NCBI GenBank assembly: GCA_030295235.1
Contig: AP026176.1
Span: forward strand, 310,001-374,000
DNA: 64,000 nucleotides
Reading direction: 5' to 3'
From: Fistulifera solaris
Taxonomy: Eukaryota
Part shown: positions 1 through 12,419 of the stretch, in pieces
Layout of the letters: every line of letters begins with the position of its first letter
How positions within the stretch are numbered: the stretch's first letter is position 1
The notes under the pieces: generated by a model
What the model was told of the DNA's origin: nothing
Seen by the model: the letters and a program-made list of their open reading frames with translations, nothing else
Database searches by the model: none
Position numbers and translations under genes: made by a program

Positions 1-1236
1 TTCAGGCGATTCGATGGTCGATTCTCGAATGATGACTCTACATTTCCTTGATCAGGACTTGCAGCATTGAGAGCGGGACGATTTCCATGCATGGGCCCGC
101 GAATCAATCCAGGTCGATCCACCGAATGCCGATCGTCAATAATATTACGTTCAGAAGGTAAAGAGCTTCCTCGATCGAGCTGTCGAAAGTTTGGTTGGGT
201 TGATGGGAGCGTAGGTGGAGCTGGAGGAAATGATGCACGCTGCTGTGGAAAGCCACTATCCTGCGGAGGCGGGCGACCTCGTGCAGAAAAAAGATTCAAA
301 ATGTTCAACAGACGATCCAGGATGCATTGATTTTTGTGAAACGGCAGGATAACTCGAGGAATTGTAGGATAGTTCTTGTTTTTGTGGCACAATTTCACCT
401 TCGCTGCCAAAGCTGGGGTTGCTACGAATTCGCTTGGGCTCTGGCGTGTTTGCAAATTGCGGCGGCTCGTTCACTAAGTCACTGTAAGTTCTTTTGGTTT
501 CGGCTTCCGGAAAAGAAGGGCGATGAGAGAAGGCTGGTTGTCCGCGCCCTTCGGTTCCACCTCTTGCCGTGGCAGGAAAGCCACGACCATCTATGGTTCT
601 TCCTCTGGATGATAGTGGCCGCCCTCGTCCTTCAAATCCTCCTCCTCTCGGAGGGAAAGTTCTTCCGCGACCTTCTACCGGAGCGCCTCTAGGCGGAAAA
701 GTACCTCTACCTCCACGGCCCGTGGATGGTGTAGGAAGTCCTGATGAATGATTCGAGCCTAGCTCTTGCAATGCATCCTGATCTGGCGCCCTCCCTCCCA
801 CCCATCGTCCCATCGATGGACCCCGTGCTGGGTAACGTCCGCCCGGTGCTACACCTCTTCCTCTAGTCATCACTGGTGCTCCCCGTTGGGGCGGCAAACC
901 GGTCGAAAATTCATTCGATATCCCATTCTCTGGTCTAGCGCGTAAAGGAGGCGGTCGATGATCTTCGCGTCCCCCGTAACGAGGGCCGAAACGGCCCGGT
1001 TCGCGGCCCCTTCCCCCACGAGGGAACGAACGACCTCTTCGATTAATATCGTCGCCGGTACTTAATGGTTGAAGATGAGAAGGAGGATCGAGCGCTAAGG
1101 ACGCGTAGGAGCCCGCCGACGCCGTTGATGAGTAGCGCTGCATAGCAGGATGGGATTCTCTTCGGGGCGGCGGTGCGTCCTGGATCTCTCCAACTTCGCC
1201 TTCTTCTTGGTTCATCCGTGAAATTGGTGGGGGCAT
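1..1236 (-). CDS. Low-complexity Arg/Gly/Pro-rich (RGG-like) protein, 3' part runs off the window
   Basis: ATG at 1236 opens 326 codons with many GRG/RGG/FPPRG repeats. Similar Pro-rich coding continues below 256 in another frame after an A-run near 290, probably a 1-bp error. Confidence 0.55.
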
Positions 1237-1641
1237 TGTTGATTTTTTCTATTCGTATATTGTGATCGTTTCAGAATCGTTTCAACATTTCCAATCCTTA
1301 CTCGTATTTAACTGATTACTATAAATGCATTTGAAATGCAATGCTTTTTTTTTTATTTGTCGCTCATCGCTCATCGCATCGTCGTCGCTATTATGCGATC
1401 ACGGCTGCAAATCTGCAATATAGAGTGGGCGGGCGGAGATCAGACCGTGGCAGTCACGTCTGTATAATTTAGTCACTAATAATAGGTCACGCTTTTGCGA
1501 AAGGAATGGATAGGTGGAATAAAATAGGAATGATCTAGCTGAGCGAGTATAGCGATGCTTTCATGAAACCGGAGAATAAATGTAAGGAAGCTTAAATGCA
1601 AGCAATCCTTTAAGTTTCATTAGCACCAAGTAAAACGCCCT

Positions 1642-2629
1642 TTAGTTTACTCCAAAGTGTTTGCTCAGCACGTCGCGGATGAATTCTTTTCCTCGTAAGA
1701 TATCGCCATGTGCCGGTACCACGATCTCCACATCCCAGACATTCAAAACATGATCGACAATGTCTCGATATTCCTTTTATTTTGAACCATGAATTGATTG
1801 TAAAGGGTGCATAAATTTTGTCCATGCCGACTTTCCACAGTTTGGATCCCAGGGGTACTTTTTTCGACGAGCGGCGCCAGTTCCCACGTATCGTCGCGCC
1901 CAAATTGTGAGTTCGGAACCGAATCAGCGGGATAGTTCCAAAAGAAATCTGTAGCAATGAGCGCTTTGCTGGGTTCGTGATAAAATATTACTTCATTGAA
2001 GAAGGGCTTGCCTGTGAAAGGGTTTACTTCACAATCAATGTGCAAAGCTTGAATGACCGACGAATCCCATCCTATGACCGCTTTGTCATCAAAGGTGGAT
2101 CCTTTCTTCCAATTAATAGGGCGGTAGCTGGTAGGGATCTCCCCTGTGAATTTTATGTTGTCCATTTTGTCGGCTAGACCGGGGCATCCCCACATTTGGG
2201 CATCGGGAAACCCTTGATACCATTGCGATGCGAATTTGAGATGTTCGTAGTTCGGCGAAACAACATATTTCACATTGCCGAGATTCTTTATCAGACTATC
2301 CATAGGACCATCCAGAGAAACAGGGGAATGGATCCACAGATCGGGTTTCTCTCCTTTACGAGCGGGCAATTCAATCACCGTCGAGCGGCAGCTGACATCG
2401 ATGTTGTTCCAATAAAAGGACGATCTGCTGTGTAAACTCCTTCTGCTATTGGTGTCAATACTGTTGCGGCTCGGTTGGACCATCCTGGAGATGCGTAGCC
2501 CGTTGGCGGATTGATACGTCGGGATGTTTCGACCAGTTGTTGTCGAAGGCCTTCCGATAGAACCGAGCGGCTGTCAAGCGCCCAGATGGTGGAACAAAGA
2601 GATAAGATTATGAGCTCGCAAAGTCGCAT
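1642..2629 (-). CDS. DUF4336-family (metallo-hydrolase-like) protein with signal peptide; split by homopolymer frameshifts
   Basis: Joined frames give MRLCELIILSLCSTIWA (signal), then LWIHSPV, VKYVVSPNYEH, NEVIFYHEPSKALIATDFFWNYP and WDVEIVVPAHGD...KHFGVN*. These motifs are typical of DUF4336. Confidence 0.7.
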
Positions 2630-3064
2630 AGTTATTAGTGTATTCGTGCTCGGCAATAAGATTATTCCTTCAGAAGGGTTTTTGACACGTTTTAGCTTGC
2701 ATCGGGTTCTCGATTGAGATCGATCATTATCGTCGCATCCGCTCTTCGCCCTTCAGCTTTTCTGTTTTTCGGCGACGCATCACTAAACGTAAAACGTGTG
2801 TGACCAGTCACGTTTCATGTTTAAGTTATATTGGAAGTAGACTGGTGCATGCGAACGTCATACTCGACCTAGCGGTACTACAAAATTCCCCCCAAAATTC
2901 ATGCGCATGTCGCATGACGATGATGGCAAAATAATAATGAGTCACTCGGCATTTTGTTGCTGTCCGTGTGTGCATGAACATCATCAGTATTTTCGAGGCA
3001 GAAACTGAAGTAATCATAGTCCTAGCCATGCTATAAAAACGGTTGAAGAGAAAGTTAATGAACA

Positions 3065-3837
3065 ATGAGAAGTTGCGTGACTGTCACAGCTCTCCTGATG
3101 TTGTCACAATCGGCATGCTCGTTTCGGGCAGTGAGCGGGGGATTGTTTACACGCTATCAAGCATCTTTGCTCTATTCCTCAGCAGCAGACACTACTAGTC
3201 GTGACCCTTCTCCAATAGTATGGAAAGCGAAAACGGATTGTTGGAGACCCGACAAACAGGATGTTGAGCGCATCAGTTGGGGAAAGCCGGCGAAACAGAA
3301 GGGTACAGGAAGCAGAGGTGTTCCTCACCGCTTGAACAGTGACGAACGGGTTCTGTTTGAACAAGCTCGTCGTAAAGGCTTTCTTGAAGTAGTCGGATCA
3401 GGTTGGCGATCGGAAAGACGAGAGGCTCCTCTTTTAAATACACACAGGTCTTGGTGTGATGCTCGAGGACAAGCTTGCCTTAGGTTGCACAAGGGCTTGT
3501 CGGGCGCCGTGGATACGTTTGTACTGGATCTGTCGCCATTGCGAACGCCAGAAGATTTTGAATCGATTGCAGAAATGATTTTGAAAGAGGTGGAAGGAGG
3601 AAAGGTGTACTTTCAAGAGGATCTGCTTGAAACACCGGATGCCTGGGAGTTGCAGCCAATTTATCGTCTACCACCGTTTCGAATTGAGTGGGAACTGTCG
3701 AGAATTGAAGCAAAGGCGTTGGGAAAGACAATGGCGGGATGGTTCGATACTGTTGAAGGGAATATTGCAACATCTAAGAAGCCGGTGGGGTGAAGCACGG
3801 CAAAGGCCGACGACACGGGGGCTATGGCATAGGATAG
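3065..3837 (+). CDS. Conserved hypothetical algal protein with organellar-type presequence
   Basis: 242-aa ORF with a hydrophobic N-terminus (SACSF). One extra G in the G-run at ~3787-3790 would extend it to VKHGKGRRHGGYGIG*. Confidence 0.6.
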
Positions 3838-5332
3838 AGCAAGGCAAAGTGAAACTGAAAGGTGATGACATCAATGATTTTTTTGTCAGTCGCTCTTACA
3901 AATACATGAAGCGTCCTGACGATCGAGGTGATACGCCCCATTGTCTTCCATTATGAAAATGCCAAGTTGTGGTAGATGCAAAAAATGCTAGATCGACCAC
4001 GCCGTATTTATCGCGAAGAGTACAACACAAATGAATGTTTCTAAACAACCATCTTACTAGAGCCGTAACAGAAAAGATTCTCCGCAAGAACAATAGCTGC
4101 TTTGCATCGCTAAACAACTCTGAGATTACCTGTAGGCTTGTGCAATTAAAGGCTCACCAAATGTAATGTCCGTAACTCTTCGACGACGCTCTATTCATCC
4201 AGTTGTAATCGCCAGGGTTCGTTTCTGTGCTTACTCGAGTCTTGACACGCTGAGTTTCAATCTCACTGTACGATACTCGAACAACCTCTGTAATCTTGTC
4301 TTCTGCGTCTTCAGGGATGATTCGAGTTTGATACGTTCGTCTGCGTGCAACATCTCCTCTGTTACATCATTCCAAGAGATTAGTCATATTTATTTCGATG
4401 TTATGCTTTATGTCTGAAACGGATAGCACTTACCCTTTCATCGTGTTGTACACGAAGAACGGCGTCGCCTGAGAGAGGCCAAAAAGAGACAGGATTATGG
4501 CGTGCCTTCGCATCGTGGTTTTGTGTAGATACTCTTTAAAAAATAAAATGACTTGAACTGAACAAAGCGGAGGCCGAGCGCGCTAATGTGACGAATCGAA
4601 TCTTTTCAAAGCGAGAACCCAATAGTCTCTAGTCTAGCTATAATGAGAAAGAGAAAAGAATGAAAAATGAAAAATGCAAAGAAGAATTTTCGAGGTTCGA
4701 GGGTATCTTCGTGTTGAAAGCGTGAGGACACTGCAACGTAAGCGTGCACCTTATATTACTATCGATTTTGTAGTAGAAGTACTCATCTACCCTAAAATCG
4801 GAAGCCTATTGGCTGGCCGTACTTTTGGCTCTACTGCCCTCCTCTAGAGTAGAGTTCCTTACGGCTGTCCAAGGTCCAAGGTCCAAGTTCCAAGTGACAG
4901 ATGACACATGACACATGACATCTTCTTGTCCAACATGCGGACACCGAACTTTGCGCTTTGCGCTTTGCGCATCGCACATCGTACCTCATCTTTTTTGCTA
5001 GGGGGGCCTCTTGAGCCCTTAGATTACTTCTTACTATCTATCATTTAATTGGACAAGGGTTCTAGTTGGCCACTATTGATGTCATTGCTCTGACAAGTAC
5101 ATGTCACTCGCAGTAATCTTTAATCTGAACCGTCACCGTCCAATACAAGCTGCAAGGCTAGTTCAGATTTAAACTTATTTACGGAGTACTTTATATCTGA
5201 AAATAAAGCCCAGAGTTCTATAAATTCTTTTCGCGCTCTTAATCGACAAGTCTGCACCTTGTTTTAAGCTTGGCACATGAGATACGACTGCTCATCGTAG
5301 TTTCTATGTTGTGTCAAAAGCTTCATTGCTTG

Positions 5333-6340
5333 CTATGCGAACGAAGTTTTCCATACTTGGGGAGCCCCAGCCGCTTTCAAAGCATCCGCAACCGCATCTT
5401 GAATTTCCGGAGTCGGGGTGAGGGCTAGCATTAAACCACCTCGACCTGTTCCACTCATCTTGGCTCCAGTTGCGCCTGCTAGTCTGGCCGCATCAACCAA
5501 ACGGTCAAGCTCTGGGCAGCTTACCGTGAGCTGTTGGCATAATTTGTGGTTCTCATTCATCAATAGCCCCACCTCGGCAATATCTCCCGCATTTAAAGCC
5601 AATTCCGCTTTTTGCACCAGCGCAACATATTTCTGGAGCAGCGCCTCAAACCAAGAAGGATCACTTTCTTTTTTCGCTCGAACGTCACCTACAACTGAAG
5701 TCGTACTGCTGGTTATTCCAGTACTTGCGTAAACGATAAGCATTGGCTTTGCAATAGCTTTTCTTTCAAAAATTGGTTCTCCTTCCGTCCTTTGAAATTT
5801 CAAGATACCTCCAAAGGTTGCTGCCGTATTGTCTATGCCAGAAGGTGTGCCATGGTATCCCTTCTCGCCCTCATACCCGGCAGCATTTATCGCATTTTCA
5901 CTCATAGGCCGTTTCAGCGTTTGCGACAGAGCTCGGGCGAGCGACACAACTTGGGCCGCCGATGCCCCAATTCCGGAAGCGCAGCACAAATCTCCTCCAA
6001 ACGTTACTTTGAAGCCTTCTTTGCTTAAGTCAAGACCGAAATGATCAAAAACCAGCCGTAATGCTGCATCCGCTTCCTCTGCTTTCGTCACTTTGTAGTC
6101 AGGAACTGCGGGTCGATTGTCGACGACCACCAATCCTGGTCCGGGCAAACGCTCGCATTCACAATCGGTGTATGCAGCCACGGCGCCTACAAGAGCTGGA
6201 ACTTTGTAGACGACAAAATGTTCTCCAAACAAAATCAATTTACCAAACGCTCGTGTTTCTGCCAGTATACGTTGCCCGATGCGCTCATGTTGCTGGCGCT
6301 TGTCTTCGACGGACAGCTGCTCAGTGTCCGTTCCTTCCAT
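5333..6340 (-). CDS. MVK: Mevalonate kinase (GHMP family)
   Basis: GKLILFGEHFVVY, ATP loop SGIGASAA, HGTPSGIDN and GAKMSGTGRGG. First ATG is at 6340. Confidence 0.93.
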   Translation of the reverse strand: MEGTDTEQLSVEDKRQQHERIGQRILAETRAFGKLILFGEHFVVYKVPALVGAVAAYTDCECERLPGPGLVVVDNRPAVPDYKVTKAEEADAALRLVFDHFGLDLSKEGFKVTFGGDLCCASGIGASAAQVVSLARALSQTLKRPMSENAINAAGYEGEKGYHGTPSGIDNTAATFGGILKFQRTEGEPIFERKAIAKPMLIVYASTGITSSTTSVVGDVRAKKESDPSWFEALLQKYVALVQKAELALNAGDIAEVGLLMNENHKLCQQLTVSCPELDRLVDAARLAGATGAKMSGTGRGGLMLALTPTPEIQDAVADALKAAGAPQVWKTSFA

Positions 6341-6804
6341 CCTTTCTTTCGGCGAAAATCGAGACAAAAATCTACGAAACAATAAGAAAGTAGCTGGCCT
6401 CTTTTATACTGAACGTGAGGACGAACTAGCAAAGTAATCGAACCGCTTAACTAAAGAAGATCGGGCGCGCGAGGATAGCCGCACATAAATGCGTCGAAAT
6501 CTGGCGGGAAAATATTGAAAGTTTGCCTCCATGGCGCGAACGGTAAGATTTCACGCTTCAACGGAAACGCTCAACAAGCCCGCGCTTCATTACTTAGGCG
6601 TTTAGGATACCGGTACGAAGAAATCGCTCGTATGAACCGCTTTTCGCCTTCTATTATTTTTCTATGCAGTTTCTTTGTGACTCATTCATCTCGAAAACGA
6701 CGATTCCTATCAGCAATCTCCAACCCTCTGCTTGATGTGATTATGTGCAGTAAAAGCGCGATGCAAACTTGATACCTCCTAGCTTTCCTATTCTATTGCT
6801 TGCC

Positions 6805-7902
6805 ATGCCGGAGCTTCCAGAAGTCGAGTGCTTTCGCCGTATGCTTCTGCCTTTAGTAAGCACGAAGGAAGTCCTTCATTTAGAACTGGTCGGAGGCAAC
6901 CCATCTCGAAAATTTGTTACACCTGAACAAGTCGAACACATCAACCAGTCTTCTTTGTGCGTGCACGACATCAAGCGACGAGGAAAGCAGATATGCTTAT
7001 ACCTTGGCAAAGCGAACGGACCTCCAAGTCAATACTTGTTTGTTCACATGGGCATGACAGGACGTATCACAACACCAAACAAAGCTCCCCAGTTCGGACA
7101 TTTCTCGAACAGGTCAGAAAGAGAGGATGGGCAAGTTTATCAGAACAGTCAATCTGAGTATCCACCGCTCTACACATACCTTACTTTCCGTGTAGGCGAT
7201 GTACATGCAGCATTTTCGGATCCACGAAAGTTTGGGAGCACCTATCTTGCAGAAAATGACGACGAGCTGCACCAGTTAGCGCCCGACGCGTTGGAAGAGA
7301 CCTTTGGCCTGACGAACCTTTGTAATAAGCCTCTGAGTGTTAAGGCGCTGCTTTTGGACCAGAAGCGCGTAGTCAGCGGAGTAGGAAATTGGGTAGCGGA
7401 TGAGATCCTCTACCAAACGGAGATTCACCCTCTTCAAACATATCTTACGACAGAACAAGCACTCAGCATTCAAAGGACTCTACCAAAGCTTTTGCGAACT
7501 GCTGTAGACTGTCTCGATCAATGTACAAATTATCCGGGACACTGGCTGTTTCATTTTCGATGGACAAAAGGTAAAGCTGCCGGAGCAAAAGATTCCTTTG
7601 GGCGACAACTACAGTTTCTGACCGCCGGTGGTCGTACCTCGGCTATTGTTCCCGCTATCCAAAAACTAAGGAAGTCTCAGGGGAAACAAGAAGTTGCTAT
7701 CGTTGCTGCAAGGAGAGAAACAAAGTCCCAACTTATCAAGCCGAATGTTTCTGCTGTCAAACAAAGAAGAAGCACAAAGACACAGAGAATATCGACTAAG
7801 ATTCGTGTAACGGAAAAGAAAAGAGAACAATTGAAAGTATCGGTGCGTGAAAGTCGAAGACGGAGTCCCCGACTAAACACGGCAGCATCGCCACTAATTT
7901 AA
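6805..7902 (+). CDS. FPG: Formamidopyrimidine-DNA glycosylase (Fpg/MutM, plant/fungal type without zinc finger) with basic tail
   Basis: Catalytic N-terminus MPELPEVE at 6805, RRGK, HMGMTG, DPRKFG, H2TH motif LLLDQKRVVSGVGNWVADEILY, and GGRTSA. Confidence 0.92.
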   Translation: MPELPEVECFRRMLLPLVSTKEVLHLELVGGNPSRKFVTPEQVEHINQSSLCVHDIKRRGKQICLYLGKANGPPSQYLFVHMGMTGRITTPNKAPQFGHFSNRSEREDGQVYQNSQSEYPPLYTYLTFRVGDVHAAFSDPRKFGSTYLAENDDELHQLAPDALEETFGLTNLCNKPLSVKALLLDQKRVVSGVGNWVADEILYQTEIHPLQTYLTTEQALSIQRTLPKLLRTAVDCLDQCTNYPGHWLFHFRWTKGKAAGAKDSFGRQLQFLTAGGRTSAIVPAIQKLRKSQGKQEVAIVAARRETKSQLIKPNVSAVKQRRSTKTQRISTKIRVTEKKREQLKVSVRESRRRSPRLNTAASPLI

Positions 7903-8346
7903 AATTGGATGTCAATTTGTATGACGGCATGTGTTGATTGTATTAATTTAAGATAATCGTTTTTTGTCATCGTATTATCATTATGGGAGCTAAATCTTGG
8001 AGTGTAGTATTACGCGTGACTCGTCAAACACGAGCTTTAAGTAACAGCCCCACAAAATAAACGATAGTAGACTCATGTCATACCGGCAGCCGGTAGACAT
8101 TGTACATTGTATACAATGTACCAGTAACTTCACCGATGACGGAGAGTGACGCGGACTGGAAGGTTCAAGATGTCAGATTTTGATGGCCTCTCTCGGAAAA
8201 AGGTGAGCGAAAACGAGAAGAAGTAAACTTCTTGCTGCTTTCCAAAAACATCGGCTATCGGTTCATTATGAGCAAAACATCGCTATCTTGCGCTCTCTAC
8301 ATCGTGAATTCTTGCATTCTTATCCCTTCCGACGGACAACAACAGT

Positions 8347-9401
8347 ATGACATCGCCACTTGACCGAAATGTTCAACGGCCCACAAATGAATACGTGCTC
8401 GTGAGTGACTTTTGGAATTGTACTCAATGACTATTCGGTTCTGCTGACAGTGCCTATTGCATGTCGTTACAGAATGTAGCTTTCTTATCGTTCTTAGCGT
8501 TTACAACGCTGCAACTCTTTTGCTGTCGTTGCGAAATCACACGCAATGATGGAAGACTGTATAGGTAAGCGAATGTGGCGAGGGCGAAGTCGTCAATCGG
8601 GCTTTCTCACCTGCTTCACCATAAACAGCCATGTATGTTGATGTCATCACATATCTCTTCAATTTTCTGGCGGAGCGCCTGAAGCACAAAGTTTCCGATG
8701 GCAATTTTAACGACTCTAGGAGCGGGCGCTTGTATCGATTGTATCTTGAACTGATTCCCCCTTTTCTAAGCGTGGTAACATTATTGATTGTGACAATACT
8801 CGGGTTGAAAACCGCTATCAGGACATTGCGCGAAGCTCCTAAAGACCAGGGATCTCAGCCGGATATCACCATTATGCTTTGGTTCTCAGGGCTGAATTTA
8901 CTATTGGATTTCTTCAATGTAACGTGCTTTGCCAGAGTTGATCAAGCGATCGGCATATCTCAACTACAGGATCAGTTTAATATTTTCCGCTCGCAGCGCG
9001 ATGAGGGCTCGGAGAAGATGGCTACTGAAACAACAGATCTTCTAGCTAAAATTCGTCGTCACAATGGATGTAAGGCTTGCGACGAAGATGAGATGAGCGT
9101 ATCGTCCGAGGACACCGAAGCAAAAGGAGGTCTCAATCTGAACATGTGCTCAGCCTGGACGCACATCTGCGCCGACACGCTTCGGAGTCTGGCTGTGCTA
9201 GTTGCAGCTAGCTTTGCAACAATATTCCCCAAATTAATTACTCCCGCAGATGCGGATTCATGGGGCTCGATCGTCGTCTCCATTGTAATTTTGGCAAGCC
9301 TCGTTCCATTGTTCGAGGGACTGTACATGACGGCATGTAAAATTAGCGATGTATGGCAGTCAAACTCAAAGCATCACGCTAAGAGGGCAACCACGCATTA
9401 A
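8347..9401 (+). CDS. Cation diffusion facilitator (CDF/ZnT-like) transporter, paralog 1; introns 8401-8472 and 8565-8628
   Basis: Spliced product NEYVLNVAFLSF...AKSHAMMEDCIAMYVDVITYLFN...NLNMCSAWTHICADTLRS, with about 6 hydrophobic helices. One T is missing in the T-run near 8519. Confidence 0.82.
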
Positions 9402-10020
9402 ACAGTTTGAATGAGGCAAAATTCGGTTTTCTTGTAGGGACATAAGCATAGTAAAAGTAGTAAATTCGTGCCACTTCAATACTAAAGCCATAAGCAGAAG
9501 ATGCAACCCCGCCATATTTATGCGATGAGCTTTATACTTTATAGACCAAAAGAACAAAATATCTTACTTAATCGCGATGGAATTGTCTGTCTAAATTACA
9601 CGAGATTTCTTTGTCAGAAGCAATGGGACCGATGTCTGATTTCTTCAACAGAGGTTAGACATTCAGATCCTTACGCCATAAAAAAAAGACTTTGCGAGTT
9701 TATAAAGTGGGTAAACTATAGATGCAATCGTGTGCCATGCTGTAGAATCATCAATCCTTTAAAAACTTATGTTTGAGATAAGCTGCCCGAAGGCAAGGCA
9801 ACATTAATTATAAGTGTTAATCAGTTCGTAAATCATGCGAAGATGAAAATTCTTTTGTGTGGCCTGTTCCCTCTAGCCCTCCTTGCAAACAGTCAATGTG
9901 CGGGTAGACCAGCGAAAGTCCTCTTTGTCTTGTTGTCGATAAAACTTCGCCGGAATTATTGCTGTAGCCCCTAGATAGAATACTTTAGCACCGTAGTTAC
10001 AAATATGGTTGGCAGTTGTC

Positions 10021-11475
10021 TTTATGGAGAAATGAATTTCATTGGTGGCGAATAATGCCTTCATAGCAAGGCTTGACCCCCGCGTATCTTCTCAATTCAT
10101 ACCATGTGCTTTATGCGAAAAAACAATTACTTACTTATTGTAAAAGCTTGTGTTCTCTTCGATCTCAATCCGCGTCTATAACATTATTATTATTATTGTT
10201 ATTCACAATGATCTGACGTGTGAGAACCGAAAGTGTTCCCTACGTTGAACCAACTCGAGGTTGATAGAGTGTGTTGTGCATCATAGATGCGTCCAAGTTT
10301 CCAACGTGGTAGTATGTCTAAAGGTCATGTTCCTCCTCATCGAACCAGTCCTGTTCGTAGGTTCCCTTGCAATCAGAATGGTGTGAACCCATGCTCTGCA
10401 ATCTGGCATGGCACTCTCGATGACCGCTTGGATTGGTTGGTGTAGCAGGTCTTTGTCTTTAGGCAGTAATGTGTCCTCCGTGAGGTCGTACTGGCGGTGT
10501 ATTTCGGTAAATAATGCTTCTACTTCAGATAATTTGCGTCCGGCATCGTCGCGTAGGTGTAAGATGGCGTTTCGGCAAAACCACATGCTTCTCGTAACTG
10601 CCGTGAGTGCAAGGCTGGCTGTGGCTGCCTAGGTCTTTGCCGTTCTTCGTGATTCATTAGCCAGATAATACAACGCGATAACGATACAGAACGAGATCGA
10701 CGTCCACAACACCCTACTGGGCCGCCTAGCGGAAGGCTGGGACTATAACAATATTTCGTTATAGACACAAGCTTGCTTGACGCCTCCATATAAGTCGAAA
10801 TCATCCAATAATACAAAACAAAACTATTACGATATTGAGGACACGCACAGTTATCGTATTTTGTTTTTAAATGTTCGGTTACTTTTAACATTGCTTTGCA
10901 GTTTGAGTGATGCCCAATCTACGATGGTTTGAATATCTATTCTTGGCTTCAATTATTCACTCGAAAGCCCACCGCTTGGGATTTTACAGGTGGTTCGATA
11001 CGATTTGCTAGCTGGGAAAAAGGAAAAGATGGCAAATGTAAAATCGAAAACTATTAATTGTTAAAAAATAGAATGTCTTTATGGAGAACTGGAATTCATT
11101 CGTGGTGAATCAAGCTCTGAAAGCAAGGCTTGACTCCACCATATATTCTCAGTTCCCACCATGTGCAATTGGCGAAAAGCATGTTCGGGGTATGCTTTGC
11201 CCGCCTATCACCCAACCATTTCCTAACTTATTGTATAAGCGTATGTTATCTTCGATCTCAATCCGCGTCTACAAAATATTTTGTTATAAACATAAGCTGG
11301 CTTAGCGTTTCCATATTAGACGAAATCATCAAATCATACGAAATAAGAACTCATCATTTTTTTGGTTTTTTAATGTTCGGGTGTTTTCGCGTCTATCAAA
11401 ATACTTCGTTATAGACAAAAGTCCAAATCATCCAAACATCTATACATTGACTCGAAAGCCCTTCGCTCGGAATGA
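10021..11475. repeat. Degenerate tandem duplication: copy A ~10021-10990 (interrupted by a retroelement), copy B ~11078-11475
   Basis: Collinear shared blocks: tttatggaga, gcaaggcttgac, accatgtgc, tcttcgatctcaatccgcgtcta, taatgttcgg-like, actcgaaagccc. Confidence 0.75.
10184..10742 (-). mobile_element. 5'-truncated non-LTR retrotransposon (Ambal/L1-like) with (TAA)n tail and 8-bp TSD CTATAACA
   Basis: CTATAACA lies at 10176-10183 and 10743-10750. The minus-strand 3' end is a (TAA)n tail. Translation YLANESRRTAKT*AA...MWFCRNAILH...AWVHTILIARE resembles the W-x-x-RN C-terminal region of non-LTR RT ORFs. The insert is absent from duplicate copy B. Confidence 0.78.
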
Positions 11476-12380
11476 AGTAATCTAAAATGAAACTTAGTTA
11501 GAGTTTTGGAGATTTAGTACAAGGAGAAGCCAAGCACGCTGGTCGGGACAAGGAGAATCCTCATCAATCAGAGAGTGGATTCTATTTAATTTTATTTCAA
11601 TCAAATATATTGAGTGGACCTAAGCACAATCTGGGATAGATCTATTCGCCATGTCTTTAGCGTGCAGGATGTATTTTTGCTATAGTAACATGGTCAAACG
11701 AGTTGGAAAGCCACCTATTTGCATCGACGCCGCGCCGTCATGAATGTCTTGCTACCTTGTCGGTTCACTCATGTAAAGATGTTTAAAACGCCAGCTTGCC
11801 TAATGCCAACAAAATAGCTTTGGCGTCAATAGAGATAAATTGATTTTTTTACAAGTTATTAGCTTGGTAGGTTAAGTAATGTTTTCCAAAAAGAATCATC
11901 CATTAAGATATTAAGCTAAGATAACTAATATGTGGCTACTTTTATGTTATTGCATTTAAACAAAGCAATTCACGACCCGAACACAAGTACACGCTTCTAG
12001 TGGGTTGGGGATCTACTTTGATAGTTAAGAGGCTAGGCGTGTTAATGTCTTCGAATCGCAGACGTCCCTGTGAGGATCGATTTTTCTGCGATGACATCGC
12101 GTGTTGAAGCCAGGTGGGCACACACATGTTTTGCCATTAATGGCAATCATTCCAAAAAATTTTAACTAGATTATTCGGATCGAAGAGAATTGTAAGTTTT
12201 GTTAGTTCACCGTCATAGAATTGTCAATTGTAAGTAAAATGTGTTGAAATCCTGATCCACGCGTAGTCTGGCAATCGTTCTTAATAGTAGGTGGTTCGGT
12301 GCTGACTATGACGGATTGTCTGTTATCCATTTTTGATTTCTATAATCGCGATTGAAAAATTGTTACTGCTATTCCGTTCA

Positions 12381-12419
12381 GTCTTTGTCTCTGACCATTG
12401 TCTTTGTCTCTGACCATTG
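12381..12419. repeat. Perfect 19-bp tandem duplication
   Basis: gtctttgtctctgaccatt occurs twice in tandem. Confidence 0.85.

Noticed and set aside
3900..4520. Short ORFs in the gap after the 3065 gene
   Set aside because: No recognisable motifs or consistent splice model. A decayed gene cannot be excluded but is unsupported.
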